Assembly: GCA_950097015.1 (NCBI GenBank)
Contig: CATNEN010000038.1
Span: forward strand, 6,944,001-7,008,000
DNA: 64,000 nucleotides
Reading direction: 5' to 3'
Origin: Macrostomum hystrix
Taxonomy: Eukaryota > Animalia > Platyhelminthes
The notes below the pieces were generated by a model. That model searched no databases, was not told where the DNA came from, and saw only the letters and a list, made by a program, of their open reading frames with translations. Position numbers and translations under genes: made by a program. This document shows positions 36,557 through 48,600 of the stretch, in pieces (positions within the stretch are counted from its first letter, which is position 1; the number at the start of each line of letters is the position of its first letter).

Positions 36557-37487
36557 CACTGCTGTTGCTTGATGGCACTTTACTCTGCAAACTGAAAAAA
36601 ACTGACTTGTTTCAGTCAAAAAAACAAAACAGTTAAGCTGTCCGTGATTTTATTCATATAACCTAAAAACTGTCATTAAAATATTATTAAAAAACATTTC
36701 TAACAACTAAAATAATTCTAAAAAGTCAAACAATTTTTTACTAGTTAGCTGTCTAAAATACTTCTAAAGCTGGCTGCAACAGATTTAGAACTGTTATAAA
36801 TTTATAATGAAAATAACCTTAAAAATATTGATCAGACCCGAAAATTGCAATATGACATGATATTATACTAAGAAAATAGCATTCTGGAATTTATTCGCTT
36901 AAATATTATTTCATATTACTTATTTTACGAATTTTACTTAATTTTAACTTAAAACACATACATTACATCTAAATACAATAAACAATGTATTGTCACAAAT
37001 AAACTAGAAAAACTTTTGCTCTCGATGACTAGAGCATACATAGAGATTGAAACTTCAAAATTATAACTGTAACGTCGTAGATAAGACGATAAAGTAAACA
37101 GAGTCAAAGGTTCATGTGTTATCTTACAATTATGGATCAGTATATGTATAATAAATTAGTTTAAATTGCAAGCCACTATTGCTCGAGAGAAAGGAATGCG
37201 TATAGTCCATTATAAAACATTTCTTCACACTTCACACACGGATGCAGAATAAAAAGTGTACTATTAATGCTCCGCCTAAAATTAAATTAGTAACGTTTAA
37301 AACATTTCCATGGACCATACACAAGTTAAAACAAAAGAAAAAATTATTTTTGAAATAAAACAATATTGGAAAAATATCTTGTAAAACTATATATACTACA
37401 GAGAATTTAATAATACATTCAGTTCCTTTTATTAATACTTCATATAATTTATGAGACTACTTGATTTTTAACTTCAAAGATTTTTAA

Positions 37488-37959
37488 TGTAATGAAATTA
37501 TTGGTCGGTGGTCGCCATTTAAAATGAATTGTAAATCGTTTTGAAGGGCTGCAGCTTAATGTAATATAATTAGTAATATAATTAGTGATAGGGCCTACTT
37601 CTGTTATATAAATTACGCCGCTTTGCTGACGCACGCGCTTACAATATAGAGCAAGATTAGTTAAAGGTGGTTATATTAATTATAATCTAATGTTCGAATA
37701 TTCTAATTATCTAAACTTAGTGTCTAATCCTGATGCGCGCGCGCGGGTCAGAAAACCGGTTGCAACTGGTGTCACTTTATATTTAACTTGTCAAGAGTAG
37801 ATTTAACAAATACTAAATACATAATTAATACAAACATCCGTACGAAAATACCGGTTATATGAGAAGATGATTAGCATAAATTTAGTTGTAATAATAACAG
37901 TACACAAGAAATATTTTGATTTTACTAACAATTTAAAATAGACGAATTATTTCATTACA
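37488..37959 (-). repeat. 3' LTR
   Basis: Appears identical by eye to 44642-45113; preceded on the - strand by the purine tract GAGGAGGATGA (37960-37970). Confidence 0.97.
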
Positions 37960-39185
37960 TCATCCTCCTCAACAAAAGTCAATGTCCTCATTGAAAATAA
38001 CAATAAATAACGTACATATGGCATTACAATGACTTCAATACATAGCTTCATATCGCGATTATACTACTAGCAGTACAAATACAAGGTTCGATAATATATA
38101 TTCTACACGAAGCAATAGATATCAAGCGACAACACCGTTCAACAGATACCGAGCAACACAAGACGAACAGCACAAAATGTACGCTTGGGAGCGGGGACTG
38201 CGAAACTGACAAACAAGAACCGACAAGAACTTGGGCGATCGAAAGCTGCACCACGCACCGAAAAGACGGGGTAGCTTCGAATCCCTAAGCCTCAGCGAGC
38301 CTCACAAAACTCTACCGAACCAACCTGCCGGGCGATGACAAGGAGGACATTTCAATGCCTCCTGCATGCCTGGCTGTGGCAGCGGCTAGAAGAAAACCAA
38401 GACAAACTACTAAACATAACAGTAACTATGACAACGCGGATACAGTATAAAATACAAAATTGCAAAGTCTAAAAATACAGTCAATACAGTCTACAGGTTT
38501 CTTACGGTACAAATAGACATTTAATGGATAACGAACATCACGACAAAACTTAAACTCGATCAAACTTCGACTAGTTATTTGGATTCATTCGACATCAACA
38601 ATAACGAGGGAATAGTCAGTGGTAGGTCCATTCACAAACAATAACTCATTGAAATGCGCAAAATTGTGTAAACGCAAGAAAACATATACAAAAACTAAAC
38701 ATTTGAAAAACACGATTTTGACGAGTAACGAGTAACAATTAATCATATTGGGACTTTAAAATGCATTGATCACGAATGGCGGTAAATTTTATTGCAAAGC
38801 AACCGATACACTTAAGGATATTGGAAGTGCAAACAGAAGATAAATAACTTCGAGATACACGCAAACGAAAGAATTTTATTGCAGCGAAAAGCATTCTATT
38901 GACGACATATTGTTTAAATATTAACGCATACGCATGGAAAATTAAAAAGTGCAATCAAACAAAAGTTTACTTGTAGCTTATAGCAACACAGTCGGGCATC
39001 TGAAACAAAATCTGCATTAATTTCGGCCATAGCGACATAATTTTTTTTTATTCAAACCTAAAATAACCTAAAATTCTAGAATAATAGTAAAGCATATCTT
39101 CCCTTAATGTAATAAGTGTCATTATTGTGTCATTTGGAATACTGGATCGGAAAGAGAAACTTCAAGGATTTCGGCAGTGATCGAC

Positions 39186-42100
39186 TTATTCTTCCTCGAT
39201 ATCATCTTGCCAGAGACTCGGCAGCTTCTGCGAAGGTTGGACGACTAGTTTCATCTTTCCCGCATGGACAATCTTCCCCTTACCTTGATCTTTACCTTCA
39301 ACCTGACGGACAACTTCGTAGTTTACTGGAGATGTCTTACGCACTACTCTGAATGGGCCAGTCCATGGAGCATGGTGCTTGTGCGACCAACGAGAATCCC
39401 GCTGTCGCAGAGCTAAAGGAGGGGTAAAAACCCACACCAATGCATTCTCATGGAATCTTTGCTTCTTGATATTTCTATCGTAGTACCTCTTTTGAACTCT
39501 TTGGACAGCTTTGGTGGCTTTCCTGACTGTCTCATAAGCGTTAATTAGTTGCTCTTTAATCGCGTCAGCAAAGGTAGTAGGAGTTAATTTAGGCTCAGGC
39601 TCGCGGTACACAACGTCTACTGGCAGCACCATCTCGCGACCAGTCATTAGATAGTGCGGTGTGAAACCGGTAGTCGCGTGGACTGAACTTCGGTAGGCCA
39701 TGAGACAATGGGGAATTGCATCCTCCCAGTCCTCAGGATCAACATTTTGAAGATAACAACGCAAGATATTATGAAGCGTACGGTGGAACCGTTCCACCAG
39801 TCCATCACACTGAGGATGAAATGCTGTTGTGCGTGTCTTTTGGATGTTAAGTAGTTTACAGAGCTTCCTAATCAGTTTGCCATCTACGCCTTTGCCTCTA
39901 TCAGAGTGCAAGATGTGGGGCGCTCCAAACCGGCTTATCCAGTGCATGAAAAGTGCATTTGCGATGGTTTCTGCGCGTTCGTCCTGCAACGGGACAAGCT
40001 CGACCCATTTGCTAAAGTAATCCATAATTGTAAGTAGACGGTCGTTGCCTTGGCGCGATGTGGCTATTTTCACGACATCAATCGCCACTCGTTGCATCGG
40101 GAAGCCAGATGACATAGGACGGAGCGGAGCTTTAGAGGCGGATGTTGGTTTTGCTCTTTGGCACTGGACGCATTCTTTTGTGTACAGCATGACGTCATCT
40201 ATTAGTTTTGGCCAATAAAATCGTGCTTTAACTGCTTCAGCAGTCTTCTTTATGCCAAAATGACCAAGTTGATGTATTTCTTCAATAATCTCTTGTCTTT
40301 TAATTCTTGGGAGCACTAGTATTGGTTTTGAATCTATAACACGATGCATAACGCCGTTGATAAAGCATAGATCATTAACCTTATTCATTAACATTATGCT
40401 CTCTGGTGCCATAGTTGTCTTGTCTTCCTCAGTCAATTCCGTATTTCCCTGAGCGAGTTTTCTGTAAACTGGTCCAATACCATCATCTCTTAGCTGCAAC
40501 ACTCTCAAAGATGTTTCGTCGATATCTGTGTCAACTGAGTCTTCGTCACTTATATCTTCGACATCCGAGGTTCGCGCAACAAGTTGCTGCTTCCTACGTG
40601 ATGGAACAACTGCATTACAGGTCTCATTGTTGCTAGTTTGACACTCAGCATCTACTCTACGCGGCTTGTCCGGCTGACATGCTTCACAAAACCGCGGACA
40701 TCTGGACAGAGCGTCAGCGTTCATATGCATTTTACCTGGTCGGTGGATAATTTCGAAGTCAAATTCTTGTAATGACTCAAGCCAGCGTGCTAACTGTCCA
40801 GTCGGCTCCTTGAAACTTAGTAAGTGGGTTAGTGCAGCATGGTCAACGCGAATTATAAACTTTTTACCAGCTAGATAAGATCTGAATTTTTTGCACGATT
40901 CGACTACAGCTAATAGTTCCCTCCTAGTCACACAGTAATTTCTTTCTGCAGAATTCAAAGCTCGGCTGCTGTAGGCGATAACCTTCTCTTGTCCTTTTTG
41001 AATCTGCGACAGCACACTACCTACTCCGAAACCGCTAGCATCAGTATCTAAAATAAATTGACTATTAATATCTGAAGTGTCTGGCAAGGCAAGAATCGGC
41101 GCTGAAGTTAACCTGTCTTTCAGCGAACAGAAACTTTGTTCTTGTTCATTAGTCCAGATAAATTGTGTATTTTTTAGTGTTAGTCGGCGCAAAGGCTCTG
41201 CTATTGTGGAGAAACTTTTAATAAATCTTCTATAATAAGAGGCTAAACCTAGGAAACTCTGGACATCCTTAACCGATTGCGGTCGAGGCCAATCATGGAC
41301 TGCTTTGACCTTCTCATCATCAACCGAAATGCCTTGGGGTGTTATTTTATGTCCTAGAATTTTTATTGACTTAGATGCAAAGATACATTTGCTAGGCTTT
41401 AAGCGAAGATTTGCATTTTGGAGGCGCTGGAGGACTTGAGCAAGATTACAATTATGCTCGTCTAATGTTCTGCCCATTACAACAATGTCATCGATATACA
41501 CAAGACAAGCTTCCCACTTCAGACCGCGCAGCACCAGGTCCATCAGCCGTTGAAACGTAGCTGGGGCATTTTTCAGCCCAAATGGCATGACCCTGAATTG
41601 GTACAGACCATGGTGGCACAGGAAAGCTGTCTTCTCACTGTCATGTTCATCAAGTTCGACCTGCCAGTATCCTGACTGCATATCCATGGCTGAAAAATAT
41701 ATGTTGCCAGCTAGAGCATCCAGAGTGTCGTCCACTCTAGGCATTGGATAGGCATCAGACTTTGTAACATTGTTTAATTTTCGATAATCTATGCAAAATC
41801 TAAGGTTACCATCTTTCTTGCGAACTAGCACTACTGCAGCTGCCCATGGAGATGATGATGGAACAATGACGTTATCTTGGATCATGTCGTCAATAATCTT
41901 TTTCTGTTCATTTATAGTGGTCAAGTTGGATCTCCTTAGTGTTTCCTTGGTTGGCAACGCATCTCCTGTATCGATTTTATGTTTCAGCAAATTCGCTCTA
42001 CCTAAATTACTACCTGATGCGAATACATCTTTAAATTGATTTAATACTGCTTCTACATCATTTGCTTCTGATGGTGACAAGTCTTTTGATATGTTAAACT

Positions 42101-42983
42101 TTGTTTGGTTAGACTGTGTACTAGTTTTATTGTCTAGGTTACTCTCTTCACTAATTATGTCTTCATTTTCACTTTGGTTTGGATTTAAGCTTCCAATGAT
42201 GCACACATTTCCTTTTTGATCTAGTGGGATAAACTTAGCAATGACTAGACCGGCTCTTAATAGTAACTCTCTGTTAACATTACTATTGACAACATTAACA
42301 TTCATGCCTTCATTTTTTATTAGATGAATACCTCTGGCAAGCAAGAGACCTGGGACATGGTGATTTGATTCAACAATGCCTGGAGCAAGTGATTGATCAG
42401 GAATTTTTGGCTTAATAGAAATATCAAGAGTCTGGCCTGGTGGCACAGTTGTAGTTTCGGCCACAACAAGGACTTGAAACCTTGGGACTTCCATGGTTTT
42501 CCGAGTTGGAATTGATTTGTTATGAGCATTGAAAGTAATAATACCTTGTGCTGGGTGGATAGAAACATCAAATTGCTTTAAGAAATCTAAACCTATAATT
42601 ACATTGTGCTGGATATTGCTACACACATATACTTCATGTGCTAAATTGAGTTGGCCAAATGAAAAGGTAACTTTTTTCTTTCCTAAAACCTTTAATTCTT
42701 CGCCATTGGCAACTGTTAACTGAACTTCTGCCTTGATAAGATTTAGTCTAGGTTGATTAAGGACATCAGCTGAAATGATTGTGACACTAGAGCCTGTGTC
42801 TATTAGGCAAGGTATTTTTTTAGACGCTACAATTGCATTTACATATATAGCATTATTAAAATCAAGATTTACATTAAGGATTTCCCTAGCTCCTTGCTTC
42901 CGGTGATCAGCTACAGTGGTGGGGCAGTTGGCACTCTTGGCTGGAATCTGCCCCGTGATCCAGCCTGATTGGCGTTTGGGCAA
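39186..42983 (-). CDS. pol: Pol polyprotein (protease, RT, RNase H, integrase), expressed by -1 frameshift
   Basis: CLIDTGSS; RFCIDYRKLN, MPFGLKNAPATFQ, YIDD; FILDTDAS, RELLAV; H..GH...CVQC, D-D-E core, GPF motif; ORF begins at TTG, not ATG. Confidence 0.97.
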   Translation of the reverse strand: MPKRQSGWITGQIPAKSANCPTTVADHRKQGAREILNVNLDFNNAIYVNAIVASKKIPCLIDTGSSVTIISADVLNQPRLNLIKAEVQLTVANGEELKVLGKKKVTFSFGQLNLAHEVYVCSNIQHNVIIGLDFLKQFDVSIHPAQGIITFNAHNKSIPTRKTMEVPRFQVLVVAETTTVPPGQTLDISIKPKIPDQSLAPGIVESNHHVPGLLLARGIHLIKNEGMNVNVVNSNVNRELLLRAGLVIAKFIPLDQKGNVCIIGSLNPNQSENEDIISEESNLDNKTSTQSNQTKFNISKDLSPSEANDVEAVLNQFKDVFASGSNLGRANLLKHKIDTGDALPTKETLRRSNLTTINEQKKIIDDMIQDNVIVPSSSPWAAAVVLVRKKDGNLRFCIDYRKLNNVTKSDAYPMPRVDDTLDALAGNIYFSAMDMQSGYWQVELDEHDSEKTAFLCHHGLYQFRVMPFGLKNAPATFQRLMDLVLRGLKWEACLVYIDDIVVMGRTLDEHNCNLAQVLQRLQNANLRLKPSKCIFASKSIKILGHKITPQGISVDDEKVKAVHDWPRPQSVKDVQSFLGLASYYRRFIKSFSTIAEPLRRLTLKNTQFIWTNEQEQSFCSLKDRLTSAPILALPDTSDINSQFILDTDASGFGVGSVLSQIQKGQEKVIAYSSRALNSAERNYCVTRRELLAVVESCKKFRSYLAGKKFIIRVDHAALTHLLSFKEPTGQLARWLESLQEFDFEIIHRPGKMHMNADALSRCPRFCEACQPDKPRRVDAECQTSNNETCNAVVPSRRKQQLVARTSDVEDISDEDSVDTDIDETSLRVLQLRDDGIGPVYRKLAQGNTELTEEDKTTMAPESIMLMNKVNDLCFINGVMHRVIDSKPILVLPRIKRQEIIEEIHQLGHFGIKKTAEAVKARFYWPKLIDDVMLYTKECVQCQRAKPTSASKAPLRPMSSGFPMQRVAIDVVKIATSRQGNDRLLTIMDYFSKWVELVPLQDERAETIANALFMHWISRFGAPHILHSDRGKGVDGKLIRKLCKLLNIQKTRTTAFHPQCDGLVERFHRTLHNILRCYLQNVDPEDWEDAIPHCLMAYRSSVHATTGFTPHYLMTGREMVLPVDVVYREPEPKLTPTTFADAIKEQLINAYETVRKATKAVQRVQKRYYDRNIKKQRFHENALVWVFTPPLALRQRDSRWSHKHHAPWTGPFRVVRKTSPVNYEVVRQVEGKDQGKGKIVHAGKMKLVVQPSQKLPSLWQDDIEEE

Positions 42984-44233
42984 TTCCTATTTATGTGCCC
43001 ATGTTGACCACATCCATAGCATTTCCCTTGGTTCCTGCTCTGGTGCAGTTGGCGCTGTGGCTGGTTCAGTAGTGCTGGTTGATAAGGCCTTGCATTTACA
43101 GATGTTTTAGTAGTTGCTTGCATGTGGTTGGATTGAGAGTCAATTGAATTGCATTGCTGACTTCCCATATGTGGGTAAATTGGCTTAGTGTTTCTTATTA
43201 TATTGCTTCTTTGTGCACTATGTGTAGATTGACTTTGAAGTAGCAACTGTGTCTCTCGAACTTGTTGCGCCAGCTGTAGGGCTTGTTCTGGTGTCTCAAG
43301 GTGCAATTGGTTAGACAAATACTCTGTTACCTTTAAGTCACCAATACCTGCAATAAATTGGTCAAGCACCATAGTTTGGACTACTTCACTATTGGCATTT
43401 TCTGGATAAGCTTGAATGGCTAGATTTTGTAAGTTTGTCAAGAATTGCTCAAATGTTTCATTAGGCTTCCTAGTTAGGGTCCGAACTTCTCTTCTAAGAA
43501 CAATACTAGTTTTCTCACCTTGTCTACTCTTTAAAAATTGCACACATAAGTCATAGGTAGCATTTGGCAGTTGTTCAAGAGGTGTACCTAGAGGCATACC
43601 TGCTGATGCACATGCATTTGCCAACCAGGCTCTATAAGAACTAAAGACTGGACCTAAGAAAGCAACAAGTGTTTGAATTTTGATAGCATCAGTCAAGCTA
43701 GGGAATCTGCAAAGATAATTATCGATTCTAGCAATGAAATCAGAAAAGTCTTCCTTGCCATTAAATGGTGCTGGCTTAGGCACAGGAGGAATCTGGTAAA
43801 ATGTTGGCATAGGCTCAATGCTAGTGTGCTTTTGTGCTTGAAAAACTTGAGGCACTGGGCCTAAGAAAAGGCTAGGATTGGTAGCATTGGTTGGCTCTGA
43901 ATCGGCAATACATGATGCTTCATCTAAAAATGGATTAGTGCTTCTTGATGGATTGTGGTTTATCCACTCTTGAACTCTCATATTTTCTTGTGCAGATGAT
44001 GATGGAACATATGGTTCTCTATGACCATAATCTATATGGAAAGGATTTGTTTGTATTGTTGGTTCAGTTCTATTGATTTGTTCTGGTGGGTTAAAGAATG
44101 AATAGTCTGCATTTGGGTTTGACTGGAAGTCACCAGATTGGCCTGGCCAAGGGTTGGATTGAATTGGCACAGGTGCTCTCTGAACTGATCGATTTCTTAA
44201 TTCAATTGTGTCCATTAAGTGTTGAGACATCAC
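42911..44233 (-). CDS. gag: Gag with a single CCHC zinc knuckle
   Basis: PAPFNGKEDF, ETFEQFLTNLQNLA.QAYP, VLDQFIAGI, CYGCGQHGHINRNC. Confidence 0.93.
   Translation of the reverse strand: MMSQHLMDTIELRNRSVQRAPVPIQSNPWPGQSGDFQSNPNADYSFFNPPEQINRTEPTIQTNPFHIDYGHREPYVPSSSAQENMRVQEWINHNPSRSTNPFLDEASCIADSEPTNATNPSLFLGPVPQVFQAQKHTSIEPMPTFYQIPPVPKPAPFNGKEDFSDFIARIDNYLCRFPSLTDAIKIQTLVAFLGPVFSSYRAWLANACASAGMPLGTPLEQLPNATYDLCVQFLKSRQGEKTSIVLRREVRTLTRKPNETFEQFLTNLQNLAIQAYPENANSEVVQTMVLDQFIAGIGDLKVTEYLSNQLHLETPEQALQLAQQVRETQLLLQSQSTHSAQRSNIIRNTKPIYPHMGSQQCNSIDSQSNHMQATTKTSVNARPYQPALLNQPQRQLHQSRNQGKCYGCGQHGHINRNCPNANQAGSRGRFQPRVPTAPPL
42921..42980 (-). promoter_or_regulatory. -1 programmed ribosomal frameshift signal (slippery heptamer + H-type pseudoknot)
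   Basis: C_CCA_AAC in gag phase, 8-nt spacer, stem 1 GGCUGGA/UCCAGCC, stem 2 GGGGCAG/CUGCCCC. Confidence 0.85.
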
Positions 44234-44621
44234 AAATGAAATGTTGAGCTAAGATCTTTATTTAACTTAACCTATTAAGACCAATATTTCTAGTTTGAGT
44301 TTGAAATGTAGTTTGAAACAAAATAAATTATTAGGTCAATACCAAAGGAGAAATATGTCATTAATGAGAGCAAGGCCTAGTTAAACCGTAGTTGCAACAT
44401 GCAATAGGGCCAACAATCAAGAGACTAGCTCTAGACTAACTGAGATTTAGTGAGACAATATATAACCAGAAAATACAGATAAAGTGTATGCCTATGTAGA
44501 TATTAACAAATTTCTATATCAGAGAAGAGATTACTCAAAACTATACAAAGTAAATGAATATGAATCCAGATTATATTAAAATAGCTAATAGATTCCAGCA
44601 GAGTCTAACATTTAGAGTATG

Positions 44622-44639
44622 GTCCTGGCGTGGTCGCCA
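44622..44639 (-). promoter_or_regulatory. Primer-binding site, tRNA-Arg-like
   Basis: TGGCGACCACGCCAGGAC, 2 nt after the 5' LTR; complementary to a tRNA 3' end ...GTGGTCGCCA as in metazoan tRNA-Arg(TCG) (assigned from memory). Confidence 0.8.
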
Positions 44640-44641
44640 TT

Positions 44642-45113
44642 TGTAATGAAATTATTGGTCGGTGGTCGCCATTTAAAATGAATTGTAAATCGTTTTGAAG
44701 GGCTGCAGCTTAATGTAATATAATTAGTAATATAATTAGTGATAGGGCCTACTTCTGTTATATAAATTACGCCGCTTTGCTGACGCACGCGCTTACAATA
44801 TAGAGCAAGATTAGTTAAAGGTGGTTATATTAATTATAATCTAATGTTCGAATATTCTAATTATCTAAACTTAGTGTCTAATCCTGATGCGCGCGCGCGG
44901 GTCAGAAAACCGGTTGCAACTGGTGTCACTTTATATTTAACTTGTCAAGAGTAGATTTAACAAATACTAAATACATAATTAATACAAACATCCGTACGAA
45001 AATACCGGTTATATGAGAAGATGATTAGCATAAATTTAGTTGTAATAATAACAGTACACAAGAAATATTTTGATTTTACTAACAATTTAAAATAGACGAA
45101 TTATTTCATTACA
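44642..45113 (-). repeat. 5' LTR
   Basis: 472 bp, TG...CA ends with an 11-bp terminal inverted repeat. Confidence 0.97.
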
Positions 45114-45693
45114 TTAACTTTAACTTTTTAACTTAACTTCAAAACATTTTACAAACAAATACATGCGGTGCACAGAGTCGCAGAATAATCCCTTCAGCAG
45201 CGATAGCAATTCTCTAAGCAGTCCCTATAAATGTGGACGTGGATTTGAATCCTAAGACACGGCATTTTGGATAAAGTTATCATGTTGCTTGATTGTTGAA
45301 ATATTTTTCTTTAAGCCAGCTGTTACATGTGAAAAGAATTCGGTAAGAGAAGGTTTATTATTCATAATTTAGAGACTATTTAAGAATGAATTTTAAATAA
45401 ATTTCTCCAGTTGTTACAACTACCATGCGGGGCGAAATTAAGTAGAATATATAATTTTTTTTAGGTCAGTTATAAAATCCAGTTGAAGCTTAAAACAAGG
45501 ACAAGGCTTAAATATTAACAATAATAGTATCGGTAAATTTATGAGTACTCTGATTATTTTAAAAGGCAAGAACTATTGGATCTAACTAAGATCTACTAGA
45601 CAACAATTATAGTTTAATTTTCCATCTATCTGAATTCAGCAGCTCTAGCCGGCCAAGAAACACTAAAGTTTCGCTTTCATCAGCAGCTGCAGC

Positions 45694-48600
45694 ATGAGCA
45701 GCATGAGTTGCAGCCTATTCGAGCGGCTGTATCAGCGCTGTATTCGCAAGGTGGTGCCGGATACCAGGAAGATCTCGCCTGGCTTTCGTTTCGAGGATTT
45801 GGAGCCCCAGAACAATCCCAACCGGGCCTATGCAAACAATGTTGTGCGCACAACCAAGTACACAATAGTCACATTCCTGCCGCTCAACCTGTGGGAACAG
45901 CTGCACCGCTTCGCCAATCTCTACTTTATATTCATAGTCATCCTCAACTTCATGCCTGACGTGTCAGCCTACGCCAAGGAGCTCGCCCCGTTCCCAGTCG
46001 TGTTCGTGCTGGGCCTCACGGCGGTGAAGGACGCATTCGAGGACTTTCAGCGCTACAAGGCCGACAAGCGCGTTAATAAGAAGAAGTGCATCGTCTATAG
46101 GAGAAATCCTGGCGACTTTGTTGAAGACCAGTGCCAGAACCTGCTGCCTGGCGATATAATTCGATTGAATGAGGACGAAATTATTCCTGCCGACATCCTT
46201 CTGCTGCACAGCTCGGATCCCAGCGGCATCTGCTACATCGAGACCTCGAACCTGGACGGCGAGACCAACCTCAAGCAGAGAAGCGTTGGCATGCCGATCG
46301 ATACTGTGAGTGGCTGAACAGCTAATTGAGATATTTTTCGGCTCACGTGTTCTGAGAACCCGTTAGACTTTTAGAATCTTTAGACACTAAGATCTGTTAG
46401 ACTTGCTAGACTCTCAGAACCTGTTAGACTCTTAAAACCTGTTAGACTCTCAGAACCTGTTAGACTCTCAGAACCTGTTAGACTCTCAGAACCTGTTAGA
46501 CTCTCAGAACCTGTTAGACTCTTAAAACCTGTTAGACTCTCAGAACCTGTTAGACTCTGAAAACCTGTTAGACTCTTAAAACCTGTTAGACTCTCAGAAC
46601 CTGTTAGACTCTGAAAACCTGTTAGACTCTTAAAATCTGTTAGACTCTCAGAACCTGTTAGACTCTTAAAACCTGTTAGACTCTCAGAACCTGTTAGACT
46701 CTTAAAACCTGTTAGACTCTCAGAACCTGTTAGACTCTTAAAACCTGTTAGACTCTCAGAACCTGTTAGACTCTCAGAACCTGTTAGACTCTTAGAACCA
46801 GTTAGACTCTCAGAACCTGTTAGACTCTCAGAACCTGTTAGACTCTCAGAACCTGTTAGACTCTCAGAACCTGTTAGACTCTGAAAACCTGTTAGACTCT
46901 TAAAACCTGTTAGACTCTTAAAACCTGTTAGACTCTCAGAACCTGTTAGACTCTCAGAACCTGTTAGACTCTCAGAACCTGTTAGACTCTTAAAACCTGT
47001 TAGACTCAGAACCTGTTAGACTCTCAGAATCTGTTAGACTCTCAGAATCTGTTAGACTCTCAGAACCTGTCAGACTCTCAGAATCTGTTAGACTCTCAGA
47101 ATCTGTTAGACTCTCAGAACCTGTTAGACTCTCAGAACCTGTTAGACTCTCAGAACCTGTTAGACTCTTAAAACCTGTTAGACTCTCAGAATATGTTAGA
47201 CTCGAGTGTCTCACTCTAGCGCCATGCCATAGGTGATGCCATAAGAATGAGAATGAGCTTATACATCGCTACCTGCAATTCATAACTCAGAATTTGCAGT
47301 GACAAGATGTGTGGGTGAGCAGTGCAAACAAAGCAATAATAGATGCAGATGCACCATAGAAACAGCCACCTCAAGTTGATGCCGCTCGCCAAGCTTTTTA
47401 TAACTGAACTAACAACTCAAGGCTGAGCACTTTAATGCTTTCAAATAAAGTGACACAGACCTGTGCCCATGATAGAATTATCTGCTGTTATAGGCGTAGT
47501 GCAAGTAGCCACAATGGCCGAAGAATTTTCACCAGCAGCCTGTTACTCACGCGCACCCACCCCAAACCGCGCTATTTCTGCTTCCAGAGGGCAGGCAGGC
47601 GAGCTTCAAGAAGACGACGCGGCGCGGAGGACACAGTGAGACAGACCACAAGCTGCTGCGGCTTGAGTGGCTTGGTACTCGCAAATGAATAGCAGAAGAA
47701 ATGAGGCAGAGAGATTGCTAGCTAGAGATAAAACTATGAAAATAGACATTCTAAATGAGACCATATGCTCACAATGAGCCACAGTGAAATTTTGGTCTCC
47801 AAGGACGACAGAATTACGAGTAGGTAGTGTATTGGACCAATTTTAATGTATAGCCCTGCTACTTTTAGTTTAACCGAAAAAGATGCGAAAATTATACTAT
47901 TAACTGGATGGTTATATTGACATACATTGAAGTAAAGGTCTTGTTTTAGCTTTCGGGTGCCTAGCACAAGCAGAAAAAATGTTAAATCAAATCAAATTTT
48001 GCATTGATTTTTCGCTACTACTTTTTATTAGACTTTCGATCCATCAGCCTTCTGCTATGATGTCGAAGTGGAGCAGCCGCACCCTGACATTAACCGGTTT
48101 GAGGGAAAAATGTGAGCACGATGTCTGAGCCGATTTCACTTAACTCCTCACTGTACATTCAGCAGAGTCCACTCCACTTCTCAGTGTACATCGAGCCGAT
48201 TCCACTTCACTTCTCAGTGTACATTCAGCCGATTCCACTTCAATTCTCAGTGTACGAGCGTACATCGAGCCGATTCCACTTTACTTCTCAGTGTACATCG
48301 AGCCGATTCCACTCCACTTCTCAGTGTACATCGAGCCGATTCCACTTCACTTCTCAGTGTACATTCAGCCGATTCCACTTCAATTCTCAGTGTACGAGCG
48401 TACATTCAGCCGATTCCACTCCACTCCTCAGTGTACATTCAGCCGATTCCACTCCACTCCTCAGTGTACATTCAGCTGATTCCACTCCACTCCTCAGTGT
48501 ACATCCCTCCGATTCCACTCCACTCTTCAGTAAAGAACTTTCAATTACTCACTCAACCGTCCACAGCCTTGTTGACGACAACGAAGATCACAACGTCGCG

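Larger units (their letters stand above)
37488..45113 (-). mobile_element. Full-length intact Ty3/Gypsy LTR retrotransposon (7626 bp)
   Basis: Two 472-bp LTRs (TGTAATGAAAT...ATTTCATTACA), TTAA on both flanks, PBS, PPT, gag and PR-RT-RH-IN pol in Gypsy order. Confidence 0.98.

Noticed and set aside
37960-39185. env-like third ORF in the Gypsy element
   Set aside because: Only ORFs under 80 aa; no signal peptide or TM-bearing long frame.
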